DNA from: an uncultured bacterium
GTDB taxonomy: Bacteria; Zixibacteria; MSB-5A5; CAIYYT01
DNA: 64,000 nucleotides
NCBI GenBank assembly: GCA_963707485.1
Contig: CAVPQS010000046.1
Location: 2,434-66,433, forward strand
Direction: 5' to 3'
In this document: positions 36,797-47,597 of the stretch, piece after piece
How positions within the stretch are numbered: position 1 is the first letter of the stretch
Layout: each line of letters begins with the position of its first letter
Program-made: the position numbers and the translations under genes
The notes under the pieces: model-generated
What the model saw: only the letters and a program-made list of their open reading frames with translations
Told to the model about the DNA's origin: nothing
Databases searched by the model: none

Positions 36797-39391
36797 CTAC
36801 TCCGGCGCGCCAACAGTGGCGAGGACGTAGTTTTTCGTATCGAGATATTTCTGCGCAACGCGTTTGATATCGGCCGACGTAACCGCTTTCATTGCGCTGA
36901 TCAGGTCATCCTCGACATCATACTTCCCTACTAAGAACTGATTTACAGCCATGTAATAGGCTTGGTTGATGCGCGACAGCCGGGCCGTTAATTGCGAACC
37001 CCAGAGCGAATTTACCGAGCGCTCGAGCTCTTCTGCAGAAACGTCGACTGTGCGCATGGAGTCGATCACTTGCAAGATGCCGTTCTTGGCGGCGGAATAG
37101 TTTTCGACGCCGGTGCCCATCGCGGCAGAGAACCAACCGAAGTCCTTGTCAAATCCCACGCCGGCGCCGACGCGATAAGCCAGTCCGCGTTGTTCGCGCA
37201 GGACTTTGCCGAGTCGAGTAGACAGGATATCGACTGCGACGCGAAGCGCGACGGCATCGGGATCACCGGCGCCACAAACAGCGTTGCCGATGTACATGTA
37301 CGCCTGCTTCTTCTCCATCGGGATATTCTCTTTGGTCTCTCCGGTGATTCGCACAGGAGCGATAGTGGGAGCAACAATAGTCTCAACGCGCGGCATATCA
37401 CCGAAGGCTGCAGTTAGTTTTGCGAGCATTTGCTGCGGGGGAACATCCGTGCAAACTGCGAGGATGAGGTTGTTCGGGGCATAATACTGATTGTAATGCG
37501 CGCGTAAATCTTCGGCGGTGATTGCGCCAACGGAACGCATGGTGCCAGTCTCGGGGCTGGTGAAACGGGTGTCTTTGAAGAGCAGACCATAATAGACATT
37601 CTTCGCTTGATCGGAAGTCGAGCCCGATTGCATGCCGAGGACGCTCATGACTTCGGAGCGAACCTGTTCGACTTCGCTGTCGGGGAAAGTGGCATTTTTG
37701 ACAAGCTCAGCAAGCAGATCGATCCCCTGATCAGTGAAATCGGAAATTGTCTCAAATTTGAGAAACGAGAATTGTCGCGAAGTATAACGATCGTCATACG
37801 GTATGTAGGGGTTGTCGTTAGTTGTGAGATTTGCACCGATAGCCGCCAATGCGCGCGACATCTGCTCATTGGTGTAGTTCTTGCTGCCGTGAGTGAGCAT
37901 GCGGTTGACGAAATCAGTGATGCCTTCCTTGCCGACTGGCTCTGAAGCGGCGCGGTTTTTTCCAAGGACCATGAAAGCCTGGACCTGGGAATAGGGATTT
38001 GATTTGATGATGACCTCAAGTCCGTTGGGGAGAATCTCGTGCAAATACTCGCTGGTCATCTCGGTTGCAGAAGTTGATTTTGATTCCGCAATTGGCGTCA
38101 CCACGGTCGCTTGATAATTGTAGACGCTGAAATATTTGGCGGCGGCGCGTTTGACATCGGACGGCTTGACCTTCTCCAAGTTCGTGGTCATGTTGTCAAT
38201 GAAGTCATAACCCGTTGCGACCATCAAAGGGGCGACCTGGAATCCGTAGTAATGGAGTTTTTCTTTGAGGTAGACTTCGCTGGTCTTCGCAGAGGTAACA
38301 ACCGACTTAACATCGGCTGCGGTCGGCTCCCAATCAGCAATTGTCTGCTCCATCGTGCGGTTGAGCAGGTCTATGACTTGCTGGACGTTTTTCACCGAGT
38401 CGGTCTTGATGGAGATGTCGTAGGTGCTGAAATCCTTCTGCGTGTTGATCGACGCCGACACCGACTGGGTCAGACTTCCGTCCGCACCGGACAGATTATT
38501 CAGCAAAGGCGAAACACCTTGAGTATTCAGGAGCTCATTGAGAACATAAAAAGCAAAGTAATCCGGATCAGACCAGAGCGGCGCCTTTGATGTGAAACTC
38601 AGGTAGCAGCCAGCGCCTTCCATTTCGCGCGTGACGATATTCTTGGCATTCGGAATTGTCACTTTAAACTCAGGTACTGGCGGAATTGCGCGCGCTGGAG
38701 CGGCGCCAAAGAACTGCTTGTATTTCTTGACCATGTCGGCGGTTTTGAAATCGCCGATTACCAATGCGATCATATTGTTGGGTGCATAGTAGGTTTGATA
38801 GTAACTCAGAAGCTCTTCGCGCGAGATCGTGTTGATCAAGTTTTCATATCCGAGCACCGGTCGCGCATAAGGGGTTCCGGCATAGACCACTGATTGATGG
38901 AAATCATCAACGAGATCATCGATGCGGTCATGAGTTTGGCGGATTTCCTCGTTGACAACTTTACGCTCTTTGGGAAACTGTTCGGCGGGAAGAATCGAAT
39001 TGAACAGTTGATCCGACTGAACATCCAAGCCATAGTCGATGTAATCAGTCGGCATGAGTACGAGATAAGCGGTGAGGTCTTTGCGCGTGAAGGCATTGAT
39101 GTACCCGCCGTGACGCTCGATGAGATCATCGAGATCAGACTGCGATTTGGTTTTGGTGCCGTCGAACAATAGGTGTTCGAGAAAATGTGTGGCGCCATTG
39201 TTAAACTGATTTTCGTAGCGTGCTCCGGCATTGACGAACACGATCGAGGTGATCATCGGGGAGGAGTGATTCTCAACAAAGATGGCCTCAAGACCATTAT
39301 CGAATGTAACTTTTGTCGAAGGCAAGCCGGCAGACGCGAGCGATGCCAAGGAAAGCACGAGTAATGCAGCGATCAATAAACGAACATTCAT
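36797..39391 (-). CDS. Tandem M16-family zinc peptidase (two insulinase-like halves in one polypeptide), secreted.
   Basis: The inverzincin motif HFLEHLLFDG (HxxEH) is followed downstream by NAFTRKDLTAY. At about 865 aa, the protein holds two M16 units. It has a signal peptide (MNVRLLIAALLVLSLASLASA) from ATG 39391. Confidence 0.85.
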   Translation of the reverse strand: MNVRLLIAALLVLSLASLASAGLPSTKVTFDNGLEAIFVENHSSPMITSIVFVNAGARYENQFNNGATHFLEHLLFDGTKTKSQSDLDDLIERHGGYINAFTRKDLTAYLVLMPTDYIDYGLDVQSDQLFNSILPAEQFPKERKVVNEEIRQTHDRIDDLVDDFHQSVVYAGTPYARPVLGYENLINTISREELLSYYQTYYAPNNMIALVIGDFKTADMVKKYKQFFGAAPARAIPPVPEFKVTIPNAKNIVTREMEGAGCYLSFTSKAPLWSDPDYFAFYVLNELLNTQGVSPLLNNLSGADGSLTQSVSASINTQKDFSTYDISIKTDSVKNVQQVIDLLNRTMEQTIADWEPTAADVKSVVTSAKTSEVYLKEKLHYYGFQVAPLMVATGYDFIDNMTTNLEKVKPSDVKRAAAKYFSVYNYQATVVTPIAESKSTSATEMTSEYLHEILPNGLEVIIKSNPYSQVQAFMVLGKNRAASEPVGKEGITDFVNRMLTHGSKNYTNEQMSRALAAIGANLTTNDNPYIPYDDRYTSRQFSFLKFETISDFTDQGIDLLAELVKNATFPDSEVEQVRSEVMSVLGMQSGSTSDQAKNVYYGLLFKDTRFTSPETGTMRSVGAITAEDLRAHYNQYYAPNNLILAVCTDVPPQQMLAKLTAAFGDMPRVETIVAPTIAPVRITGETKENIPMEKKQAYMYIGNAVCGAGDPDAVALRVAVDILSTRLGKVLREQRGLAYRVGAGVGFDKDFGWFSAAMGTGVENYSAAKNGILQVIDSMRTVDVSAEELERSVNSLWGSQLTARLSRINQAYYMAVNQFLVGKYDVEDDLISAMKAVTSADIKRVAQKYLDTKNYVLATVGAPE

Positions 39392-39554
39392 CTCTTCCTC
39401 CGTGATGGCAATTCTTACTGATGTCCAATCAAGCACGGCAGCGCATGCAAGTCAAGAATATTGATGAAGGCGTCGCGGTTGTCACCGCCAAGTGACAAAT
39501 AGCAAGGCGCGCGACACGTGCCGCGCGCCTGATTCGATAGTGGTCGGAATGGCT

Positions 39555-41387
39555 CTATTTCTGCTGATTCACTATGCGGACAAAGTCGTCAACGTGAGCA
39601 GTTGCGCGTTTCACGGCCAGCTTCCAAAAATCGTCCCGGGTTAGGTCGACGTCGAGGTGCTTCTTCGCGACCTGCTCGGTTGTCATCCGGCCGGTGTCCT
39701 CGAGAAGCGCCCGGTATTTTTTGGCAAAGCCTTTGCCTTCCTGAACGGCGCGTTCGTAGACGCCTCCGGCGAAGAGGAAGCCGAGCGTATAAGGGAAATT
39801 GTAGAACGGAATATCTGTTATGTAGAAATGGAGTTTGGAAGCCCAGAACAGCGAATGGTGGCCCTCGGAAGGATCGAGAATTCCACCAAAGGCTTCTCGC
39901 TGCGCGTTGAGCATCAGCTCGTCGAGCCGGTTCTTTCCGACAATACCGCCGGCGCGCTCCTCGTAGAACGACTTATCGAAGAGGTAGCGCGCGTAGATAT
40001 TGCAGATTAGCGCCAATGTTCCCTGCAGTTCTTGGTCAATCAGCATCAACTTGCCTTGCGTGTCGGTGACTTCATCGAGCGCGGCGCCGCCGACCTTGAG
40101 TTCGTTGAAGATTGATGCGGTTTCTGCGAGTCCCATTGGATACTCAGTCGCAAGCTGCGGAGTGTCTTTGAGAACAAACGAGTGGTAGGCGTGCCCTAAT
40201 TCATGAGCGAGTGTGGACATGCTGCCGTAGTCGTTGGAGTACGTCATAAAGACGCGTGTCTCGCCCTTGAGGTTCATGCCGGTGCAGTAAGCGCCGTCGG
40301 CCTTGCCGGAACGATCCTCAGCTTCGATCCAGCGTTTTTCGATTGCCATGCGCGAGAATTGCGCCATTTCATCGGAAAAAGAACCAAGATGCTTGACGAT
40401 GAAGTCGGCGGCTTGCTCATAGGTGAATTCCAAGTCAAGATGTCCGACCGGAGCGAATTGATCATACCAGCAGAATTTGTCGGTGCCCATGAGTTTTTTT
40501 TTGGCGTCGGTATATCGCTTCAGCTCGGGAATTATTGATTTCACGGCGCTCCACATCGCATCGAGGCTTGCCTGCGAGCTGCGGTTCAGCATCAGGGGCT
40601 CGACCAATGCGGTTTTCCAGCCGCGATTCTTGTAGAGGGCAAGGCGGAATCCGGCCTGAGCGTTTAAGGTCGCCGCACAGATGTTGGATTTTTCGGCCCA
40701 AGCTTTTTCGAACGTCTCAAAGGCACGGCGCCGGACGTCGCGGTCGGGATGTTGGAACTTGTTCGAAAGCTGTCCGATCGACATGTTTTGCGGTGCGCCG
40801 TCTTCGGCAAAGTCGACAGTGATTTCACCGGAGATCTTGTCGTACAATCGCGACCACGCATGATAGCCGTTGACCGAAAGTTCCAGAGCGAGAGCTTCAA
40901 GTTCGGGCGCCATTTTGTGTTTGGCCATTCTGCGCATCTCGCTAAGCGGAAATTCGATCGGCGCAATATCAGCCTGGCTCATGAGCTTGCTCCACTCGGT
41001 GTCGTTTTGACGCGCAAAGATCGATTCAAGGGCGGTGCGCAGGTTCATCCACTCGGCCACATAGATATCGACTTCACTCTCGAGGGCGTGCGCGGGATCG
41101 TCTTTGACGTTTTGCGAGGTCAGGCAGTGGGCGAAGGAACGCGCCATTTCGACGTGCGCGGCAAGCCGCTGGAATTCGAGTATGATGTCGGTCCAACCCG
41201 TGCGAGAGGAGTCGTTGAGATCCGGCGATAACGACTTGACGTTCGCATTGAGTTTTTCGAGGTCGCGTTTGATGTCCGAGCAGAATTTCCTAAACTCAGG
41301 CGAGGAGCTTCCGCCGGGGAAGATCGAATCGAGCTCCCATTTGGGCGCCGGCAATTTTAGTTTCGCCGTGGTATCGATATTGGACAT
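39555..41387 (-). CDS. pepF: Oligoendopeptidase F (M3B family).
   Basis: It has the HELGHAYHS HExxH zinc motif. ATG 41387 is preceded by an AGGAGA SD. Length is about 610 aa. Confidence 0.85.
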   Translation of the reverse strand: MSNIDTTAKLKLPAPKWELDSIFPGGSSSPEFRKFCSDIKRDLEKLNANVKSLSPDLNDSSRTGWTDIILEFQRLAAHVEMARSFAHCLTSQNVKDDPAHALESEVDIYVAEWMNLRTALESIFARQNDTEWSKLMSQADIAPIEFPLSEMRRMAKHKMAPELEALALELSVNGYHAWSRLYDKISGEITVDFAEDGAPQNMSIGQLSNKFQHPDRDVRRRAFETFEKAWAEKSNICAATLNAQAGFRLALYKNRGWKTALVEPLMLNRSSQASLDAMWSAVKSIIPELKRYTDAKKKLMGTDKFCWYDQFAPVGHLDLEFTYEQAADFIVKHLGSFSDEMAQFSRMAIEKRWIEAEDRSGKADGAYCTGMNLKGETRVFMTYSNDYGSMSTLAHELGHAYHSFVLKDTPQLATEYPMGLAETASIFNELKVGGAALDEVTDTQGKLMLIDQELQGTLALICNIYARYLFDKSFYEERAGGIVGKNRLDELMLNAQREAFGGILDPSEGHHSLFWASKLHFYITDIPFYNFPYTLGFLFAGGVYERAVQEGKGFAKKYRALLEDTGRMTTEQVAKKHLDVDLTRDDFWKLAVKRATAHVDDFVRIVNQQK

Positions 41388-41494
41388 GGGGTTTCTCCTA
41401 ATCACATATGGATAGTCTGACTAAGTTTTCCGTAAGCAATTACCAATCTATTCAAGATAGCCGTAACGGCGGCACAGTCAAGACGAATGATCGC

Positions 41495-41953
41495 TCAAAG
41501 GTGTTCGAGCTCGATTCGCTTGGCGCGCGGCAGCATGTTCTTGACCTGGCCCTCCTGAAACAAACCGCAGCCAAGCGCGTAGCCTTCATACTTGAGAAGG
41601 ACATAGCCGTTGGTGGCATCGACAATGTCGCCCTCGGCGGGCTTGATGTCCAGTCCTTGAAGATACTTCAATGTTTGCGCGCGCGAAAGCGTGATCGTGT
41701 TACGAGTAACCCGGGAGCCGAAGATCTGAAGTAAATTCGTTGTAGGTTTTACACTTTTGTGGACGCGGGCGATCAAAAGTCCTGCGGTGTCCGGCGATAA
41801 TCTGTCATCATATTGTTTGGGGCCGACAATCACCCGGCCTTTGGGTCCGGAGTAGAATCCGAACAGGTCGAAAATATCACGCTTGAGGCCGAATCTCAAT
41901 TCAAAGTAATCCAGAACCTGCTCGCGGATTTCCGGCTCGCAATAGTCGATCAT
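41495..41953 (-). CDS. Hypothetical protein, possibly the detached C-terminal (PUA-like) domain normally fused to RsmF.
   Basis: Its start overlaps the stop of the rRNA methyltransferase gene (ATGA). At 152 aa it has no other recognisable motif. Confidence 0.35.
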   Translation of the reverse strand: MIDYCEPEIREQVLDYFELRFGLKRDIFDLFGFYSGPKGRVIVGPKQYDDRLSPDTAGLLIARVHKSVKPTTNLLQIFGSRVTRNTITLSRAQTLKYLQGLDIKPAEGDIVDATNGYVLLKYEGYALGCGLFQEGQVKNMLPRAKRIELEHL

Positions 41954-42864
41954 TTGCGCACCTTGGCGAGGAAGAATCCTCCGGTGTCGTGGTGGTGCGG
42001 GAAAATGCGGCGAGTAAGACAGAGCCTTGGGTCGAAGTCTTTTCCCTGCCACGAGGTTAGGCCGGGCATCGTTTTAAGCCCCGGAATTTCTATTGGCAAG
42101 AGTTCGGCCGGTCGGTTGTCGAGCAAATGCTGAATCGTCGCTTCGTTTTCCTCCGGTGCAAAGGTGCAGGTCGAGTAAACCATGGCGCCGCCCTGCCGCA
42201 GCAGGTCGAAGGCTTTGGTAATGAGTTGGCGCTGGCGATTGGCGCTGGCGGGAATTCGCTTCGCTGACCACCAAGTAAAGAGCTTGCGATCTTTGCGCAT
42301 GGTGCCTTCCGAAGTGCAAGGCGCATCCAGCAAGACGATGTCGAATTGTGTGTCGGGAAAATTGCGCAGATCGTAGTTGGTCACCACGGTATTGAGCGTG
42401 CCGGTTTTTTCGAGATTGAATTTGAGCGCGCGAATGCGTTCGTATTCGAGATCATTTGCCACGATGGTGCCGCGATTTTGCATCAAAGCCGCCAGTTGCG
42501 TGGTCTTGGAGCCGGGGGCGGCGCAAGCATCGAAGACGGAAGTTGCGCTTTCAAGTTCATGTCGAACAATCAGCGGCGGCAACATCGAGGTGAGGTCCTG
42601 AATGTAGATGGCGCCGATGAAGTGCTCCAACGTGGCGCCAAGGCGCCTGTCGTCGGAGACGAAGGCATGTTCGTACCACTCGCAGGGACGAAATGGAATT
42701 CCGTAATCGTCGAATCTCTGCCGTACTTGCGTGACGGATGCTTTCAGCGTGTTGACACGACAAGAACGCGGCAACGGCCGCAGAAGCGCATCGAAAAATT
42801 CTTCAGGTTGATCGGCAAGGGACTCGTAGCGCTGGCGAAATTCGGCGGGTATTTCAAATAGCAT
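41950..42864 (-). CDS. RsmB/RsmF-family rRNA (cytosine-C5)-methyltransferase, a NOL1/NOP2/Sun domain protein.
   Basis: It has the AdoMet motif DACAAPGSKT and the catalytic DAPCTSEGTMRKD (DAPCS-type) and PCTGG-like motifs. Confidence 0.8.
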   Translation of the reverse strand: MLFEIPAEFRQRYESLADQPEEFFDALLRPLPRSCRVNTLKASVTQVRQRFDDYGIPFRPCEWYEHAFVSDDRRLGATLEHFIGAIYIQDLTSMLPPLIVRHELESATSVFDACAAPGSKTTQLAALMQNRGTIVANDLEYERIRALKFNLEKTGTLNTVVTNYDLRNFPDTQFDIVLLDAPCTSEGTMRKDRKLFTWWSAKRIPASANRQRQLITKAFDLLRQGGAMVYSTCTFAPEENEATIQHLLDNRPAELLPIEIPGLKTMPGLTSWQGKDFDPRLCLTRRIFPHHHDTGGFFLAKVRK

Positions 42865-42912
42865 CGCGGCATAATAGCGGCAATGGCGGGCAAAGTCAAC
42901 AGCTCAGAAAGG

Positions 42913-43986
42913 TCACGCGGGCTTTAAGGACGGATCGGTCTTGAAGTAACGGCGCTGGAAGTACAGTGAGACGTTCACGAGCGCTATTAGAGTTGGTACC
43001 TCCACCAAGGGTCCGATGACGGCGGCAAACGCAACGCCGGAATTTACACCGAACACCGCCACGGCAACCGCGATTGCGAGTTCGAAGTTGTTGCTTGCCG
43101 CGGTGAACGACAATGTTGCGGTTTTCGAATAGTCTGCCCCGACGCGTTTGCCCATGTAGAAGCTGACAAGGAACATCACGACGAAATAGATCAGCAGTGG
43201 AATGGCGATGCGGACCACGTCGAGCGGAATCTGCACGATCATATTTCCCTTGAGGCTGAACATGACGAGGATCGTAAAGAGCAGCGCGATTAGTGTTATC
43301 GGACTAATCTTGGGAATGAAGACGGCATGATACCAATCCCGGCCCTTGGCTTTGATCAGAACAAATCGAGTCAACATGCCGGCAAAAAACGGAATCCCGA
43401 GGTAGACGAGAACGCTCTTGGCAATCTCCGACATTGAGACTTCGACGACGCTGCCCTCCAGTCCGAACCATCCGGGCAGGATCGTGATGAAGATCCAGGC
43501 ATAGAGACTGTAAAAAAGTATTTGGAAGATTGAATTGAATGCGACGAGTCCGGCGGCATAGTCAGTGTCTCCCGAGGCGAGTTCGTTCCAAACGATGACC
43601 ATCGCGATACAGCGCGCCAGGCCGATCATAATCAAGCCGGTCATATACTCCGGATAGCCGGAGAGAAACGCGATCGCGAGCAGGAACATCAGAGTCGGAC
43701 CAATGACCCAGTTTTGAACAAGCGATAACCCGAGCACGCGCCAATTGCGAAAAACCTTACCGAGTTCCTCATAGCGAACTTTGGCGAGCGGCGGATACAT
43801 CATCAGGATCAGGCCAATAGCGATGGGGATATTGGTCGTGCCGGATTGGAAGCGATTGATCACGCTTTCGATTTCCGGATAAAAGTGGCCGAAAGCTACT
43901 CCGAGAGCCATTGCAATGAATATCCACAGCGTCAAAAAGCGGTCGACGAAACCGAGATGCTTCGTTGGATTGCGTTTATCCGACAA
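42913..43986 (-). CDS. acr3: ACR3-family arsenite efflux transporter.
   Basis: The N-terminus [23 protein letters not shown] is typical of ACR3, and the protein has 10 TM helices. Confidence 0.85.
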   Translation of the reverse strand: MSDKRNPTKHLGFVDRFLTLWIFIAMALGVAFGHFYPEIESVINRFQSGTTNIPIAIGLILMMYPPLAKVRYEELGKVFRNWRVLGLSLVQNWVIGPTLMFLLAIAFLSGYPEYMTGLIMIGLARCIAMVIVWNELASGDTDYAAGLVAFNSIFQILFYSLYAWIFITILPGWFGLEGSVVEVSMSEIAKSVLVYLGIPFFAGMLTRFVLIKAKGRDWYHAVFIPKISPITLIALLFTILVMFSLKGNMIVQIPLDVVRIAIPLLIYFVVMFLVSFYMGKRVGADYSKTATLSFTAASNNFELAIAVAVAVFGVNSGVAFAAVIGPLVEVPTLIALVNVSLYFQRRYFKTDPSLKPA

Positions 43987-44404
43987 GCAGAGCCTCCGGC
44001 AGAGTCAGCACAAAGTCGCGAATTTCGTCGCGGACGCGGCGATAGTGAACAAGAGCCTCGGCCTCGGACTTGGCGTTCGCCGCAAGCAAAGGCGGATCAG
44101 CGAAGCTGCGATGAACAATTTTGGCATTGCCGGGGAAGATTGGACAAGACTCGCGGGCGTTGTCGCAGACGGTTACGACATAATCGAATCGAATGTGCAA
44201 CACATCGACGACATTTTTCGAGCGGTGTTGGGAGATGTCGACATCGGCCTCGGCCATAACTTTGACGGCAAGCGGGTTGAGACCTTGCGCCGTAGCGCCG
44301 GCGGAATAGGCTTCAATCACGCCGGACTTGAGATAACGAGCCCAGCCCTCAGCCATCTGCGAGCGGCACGAATTGCCGGTGCACAAGAACAAGACCTTAA
44401 TCAT
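43976..44404 (-). CDS. arsC: Arsenate reductase, LMW-PTP/thioredoxin-coupled type.
   Basis: It has the [14 protein letters not shown]-loop. The downstream Cys pair is [12 protein letters not shown]. Confidence 0.85.
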   Translation of the reverse strand: MIKVLFLCTGNSCRSQMAEGWARYLKSGVIEAYSAGATAQGLNPLAVKVMAEADVDISQHRSKNVVDVLHIRFDYVVTVCDNARESCPIFPGNAKIVHRSFADPPLLAANAKSEAEALVHYRRVRDEIRDFVLTLPEALLVG

Positions 44405-44775
44405 GAGCGTTGTCCGCAACAGATAGTCTCAAGGTCCATGGAGAGAATCTCGCGCAATTTGCGGTCGTCTGCACGGATTTGCTCGGATCGCTGCAGGGCG
44501 TCCATGATCCAACGAATCGCTTGGCCAGTGACGGATGATTCCGGCGCAACAATAAGGCGGTAGTATACCCAACGGCCCTCTTTGCGCGTATCGACGAGGC
44601 CGGCCTGCTTGAGGATCGCCATGTGCTTGGAGACAGTCGAAGGCGCCAAGCCAAGCAGTTCGATCAACTGGCAAACGCACAGTTCCTGCTTGCGCAGAGA
44701 CATGAGGGCGCGAGCGCGGCTCTGATCCGACAGGGCTTGGGAGATTTCCGTTACGATGTTCAGTGCATCCGTCAT
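44401..44775 (-). CDS. arsR: ArsR/SmtB-family metalloregulator.
   Basis: It has an ELCVCQL metal(loid)-binding motif inside a winged HTH. Confidence 0.85.
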   Translation of the reverse strand: MTDALNIVTEISQALSDQSRARALMSLRKQELCVCQLIELLGLAPSTVSKHMAILKQAGLVDTRKEGRWVYYRLIVAPESSVTGQAIRWIMDALQRSEQIRADDRKLREILSMDLETICCGQRS

Positions 44776-44826
44776 ACTTCGTTATATGGCGAAATATAGG
44801 AATAGATTCGACATTGTCAAATATTT

Positions 44827-45522
44827 TTAGAGGATACTTACGCGAAATATATAAATGAGACTCAGATAAATGCCGACTACGACGAAGATCATCCCGGTCG
44901 CCAGACGCGCCCATTTTTCGATGCGCGTGAGATTTTCGAACAGCCGGCCAACTGAACCGACGCTGACCCCGATCACAATACCGAGCAGCATTACGGGCAG
45001 CGCCGTGCCAACACCGTAGCCAAGCGGGAGCATAACCAGCGAGTTATGCTCGATCGACAGCGGAATCAGGCTGCCGAAAAAGAGGGCTGCAGAAATTGGG
45101 CAAAACGAGAGGGCGAATACCACACCCAACGGCAGCGCGCCCCAAATTCCCATCTTGTCGACGCGTTTTTGCATGCGTTCGCCGGTGCGCGAGCCGGAGG
45201 TCGAGAAGCTGATCAGGTTAAGAAGGAACATGCCGGTGAGAATCAGCAGCGGGCCGAGAATTTGATTCATGTACTTTTGGAGAAAGCGCGACAATTCCGG
45301 CACCGACAAGGCGCCGCCGACAAGAAGTGCTCCGAGTCCGACGTAAGCGAGTGTTCGGCCAAACGTATAAAGAGCGCCCGAAGCGATTACAAGCGACGGT
45401 TTGTCCAAACGCCGGCCGATATACGAAACTGCCGCGATGTTAGTCGCCAGCGGGCAGGGGCTGATCGACGTGAGTATTCCCAACCACAGCGCCGTGGATA
45501 AAGCCAGCAGGAATGAATCCAT
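44827..45522 (-). CDS. ccdA: Cytochrome c-type biogenesis / thiol-disulfide transporter CcdA (DsbD transmembrane domain family).
   Basis: It has 6 TM helices and the conserved Cys-containing segments LTSISPCPL and ALSFCPISAALF. Confidence 0.75.
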   Translation of the reverse strand: MDSFLLALSTALWLGILTSISPCPLATNIAAVSYIGRRLDKPSLVIASGALYTFGRTLAYVGLGALLVGGALSVPELSRFLQKYMNQILGPLLILTGMFLLNLISFSTSGSRTGERMQKRVDKMGIWGALPLGVVFALSFCPISAALFFGSLIPLSIEHNSLVMLPLGYGVGTALPVMLLGIVIGVSVGSVGRLFENLTRIEKWARLATGMIFVVVGIYLSLIYIFRVSIL

Positions 45523-45989
45523 CAAGAGCCGCTCATTGCGCTGCGGATTTCCTCGGCGACGTAGGTGGTGAAGCTCGGCTCGTCGCCGATCAGTTCCCAA
45601 ATCTGGTCGAGATTTTTCCAGGTGGTTTGTTTGCCGTCCTTGAAATTGACGAGAACGATTGACTGCGACACGAGGTCAAAATCCGTCTCGAAATGCTCAT
45701 TTCCGGCATTCTCGATGTTGATAATGCGGAGCTCGAGTTTGCCAGACGAGGTCTCCGGTACGAATTGCTGGTGGACGACTTCATGCGCGAGTTCCTCGAT
45801 GCGGAGACAGGTTGGGCAACGTTGTGTGCGATGGAAGTAATACGCCACGACGCGATCTCCGGCCTGCGATACGGTCGATAAAGGCTCAACAGTTGCAGTT
45901 GGCGTGGAGGTATTGCGCATAACCAAGACGGTTATGCTAACTGCCACGAAGACCAGCAGTAATACGGTGATCATGGATTTGATATTCAT
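45522..45989 (-). CDS. Membrane-anchored thioredoxin-like protein with a CxxC motif (CPTC).
   Basis: It has an N-terminal TM helix. The protein is about 155 aa with a QRCPTC motif. Its start overlaps the ccdA gene end. Confidence 0.5.
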   Translation of the reverse strand: MNIKSMITVLLLVFVAVSITVLVMRNTSTPTATVEPLSTVSQAGDRVVAYYFHRTQRCPTCLRIEELAHEVVHQQFVPETSSGKLELRIINIENAGNEHFETDFDLVSQSIVLVNFKDGKQTTWKNLDQIWELIGDEPSFTTYVAEEIRSAMSGS

Positions 45990-46015
45990 CTTTGTCCTTC
46001 CTGACGAACAATTAA

Positions 46016-46249
46016 CTACTGAATCAGCGTTTTGATTTCTTCAAGCGACGGCACACGCCCCGAGACTTTGACGACTCCGTCGACGGCAAGTGCGGGAGTC
46101 ATCATAACGCCAAAATTCATGATGGCAGTGATGTCGGTGACTTTGAGCACTTCGCATTCGAGATTGATTTCATTGGCTGCCTGCCTTGTGATTTCTTCAA
46201 GCTTTTTGCACTTGGGGCAACCTGTACCAAGGACCTGTATTAGTTTCAC
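46016..46249 (-). CDS. Small thioredoxin-family redox-active disulfide protein, 77 aa, CPKC.
   Basis: It has GTGCPKCKKLEE, resembling the 'redox-active disulfide protein 2' family. That family is often paired with DUF318 permeases. Confidence 0.75.
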   Translation of the reverse strand: MKLIQVLGTGCPKCKKLEEITRQAANEINLECEVLKVTDITAIMNFGVMMTPALAVDGVVKVSGRVPSLEEIKTLIQ

Positions 46250-46258
46250 TGTTTTCTC

Positions 46259-47566
46259 CTATCCGTAAATTGAACCAAAAATCAAGCCGGTGATTGTCGA
46301 CATGACAACGACGAGCGCAATATAGACGATTAGCTTTTTCGATCCCATTATTCCATGGAGTACGAGCATGCTTGGTAGTGACAGCGCCGGGCCGGCAAGC
46401 AGCAGCGCCAGCGCGGGACCCTTACCCATGCCCGAGCCGATCAGACCCTGCAGAATCGGGACCTCGGTCAATGTTGCGAAGTACATGAGCGCGCCGGCAA
46501 CAGACGCAAATAAGTTTGCACCGAGCGAATTTCCCCCGACAGCGCTGCTGATCCATTCCGGAGGAATCAGGGCTTCCTCGCCCGGGCGCCCGAGCAGAAA
46601 ACCGGCAACGAGAACGCCCGCAAACAAGAGCGGCAGAATCTGGCGGGCAAATCCCCAACTTTGCGCGAACCATTCGCCGCCTTCGCCTTTGTCACTCATG
46701 GTCAAAAGGGAGAGCACGGCAATGCCGACGACAAAGGCAATCAGGGGCCGATCGTGAAACAGAATCGCTGAAGACAGTACTAATGCTGCGCCGGAGCCAA
46801 TTTTCCACAAACTGATTTTCAACCAGCGATTGAGCACAACAGCAAGGCCAATTGCGGCTAATCCGGTTAACAACCACTTGATTGCGAAGATTGACGCAAA
46901 AAAACCGCCGCCTTCTTTCGGGCTGCTCCAGGTTGCGAAAACCAGTACCGCGATTTGCAGCGCGAAGAAGACTGCGGTTTGCCACAAGGGTCGCGCCGAC
47001 TGCGAATCGGGCATCTGAATTTGCATTCCTTCGCGAGCCGCTTCTTCCTTACGAAAGATGAAGTGCATAGCGAGTCCGATGATGATGCTGAACACGACGG
47101 CGCCGACGGCGCGAGCAATGCCCAGTTCCAAGCCGAGAATTCTCGCGGTCATAATAATCGCGAGCACATTAATTGCGGGTCCGGAATAGAGGAATGCGCT
47201 TGCCGGACCGATGCCTGCGCCCATGCGGTAAATTCCGGCAAAAAGCGGCAGCACGGTGCAAGAGCAGACGGCGAGAATCGAACCTGAGACTGAGGCAACA
47301 GCATAGGCGAGGATTTTGTTGGCCTTAGCGCCCAGATACTTCATGACGGATTCCTGGCTGACAAATACGCCGATGGCGCCGGCGATGAAGAAGGCGGGAA
47401 TCAGGCAGAGCAGGACGTGTTCGCGGGCGTACCATTGCGTAAGAGCAAGCGCTTCAAGCAGAGACTTTCCGATTCGAGGCGAATCGATCGGCAAGAGATA
47501 GAAGGCGAGGAAGACGCCGGCGATCAGAACGAGGGACTTCCACTCGGATTTCCAGGAGATCGTCAC
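46259..47566 (-). CDS. arsP: DUF318-family permease, ArsP-like (putative organoarsenical efflux permease).
   Basis: It has at least 10 TM helices. It carries a conserved Cys-x-Cys in a TM helix (AVCSCTVLP), resembling the ArsP TPFcSCS motif. It lies within the ars cluster. Confidence 0.6.
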   Translation of the reverse strand: MTISWKSEWKSLVLIAGVFLAFYLLPIDSPRIGKSLLEALALTQWYAREHVLLCLIPAFFIAGAIGVFVSQESVMKYLGAKANKILAYAVASVSGSILAVCSCTVLPLFAGIYRMGAGIGPASAFLYSGPAINVLAIIMTARILGLELGIARAVGAVVFSIIIGLAMHFIFRKEEAAREGMQIQMPDSQSARPLWQTAVFFALQIAVLVFATWSSPKEGGGFFASIFAIKWLLTGLAAIGLAVVLNRWLKISLWKIGSGAALVLSSAILFHDRPLIAFVVGIAVLSLLTMSDKGEGGEWFAQSWGFARQILPLLFAGVLVAGFLLGRPGEEALIPPEWISSAVGGNSLGANLFASVAGALMYFATLTEVPILQGLIGSGMGKGPALALLLAGPALSLPSMLVLHGIMGSKKLIVYIALVVVMSTITGLIFGSIYG

Positions 47567-47597
47567 GATAGTCTCCTAATTGCATCCACATTGTATG

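Noticed and set aside
45522-45989. Naming the membrane-anchored CPTC protein as 'ArsF'-type nitroreductase subunit.
   Set aside because: I only vaguely recall the family name and have no diagnostic motif. I kept it as a generic thioredoxin-like CxxC protein.
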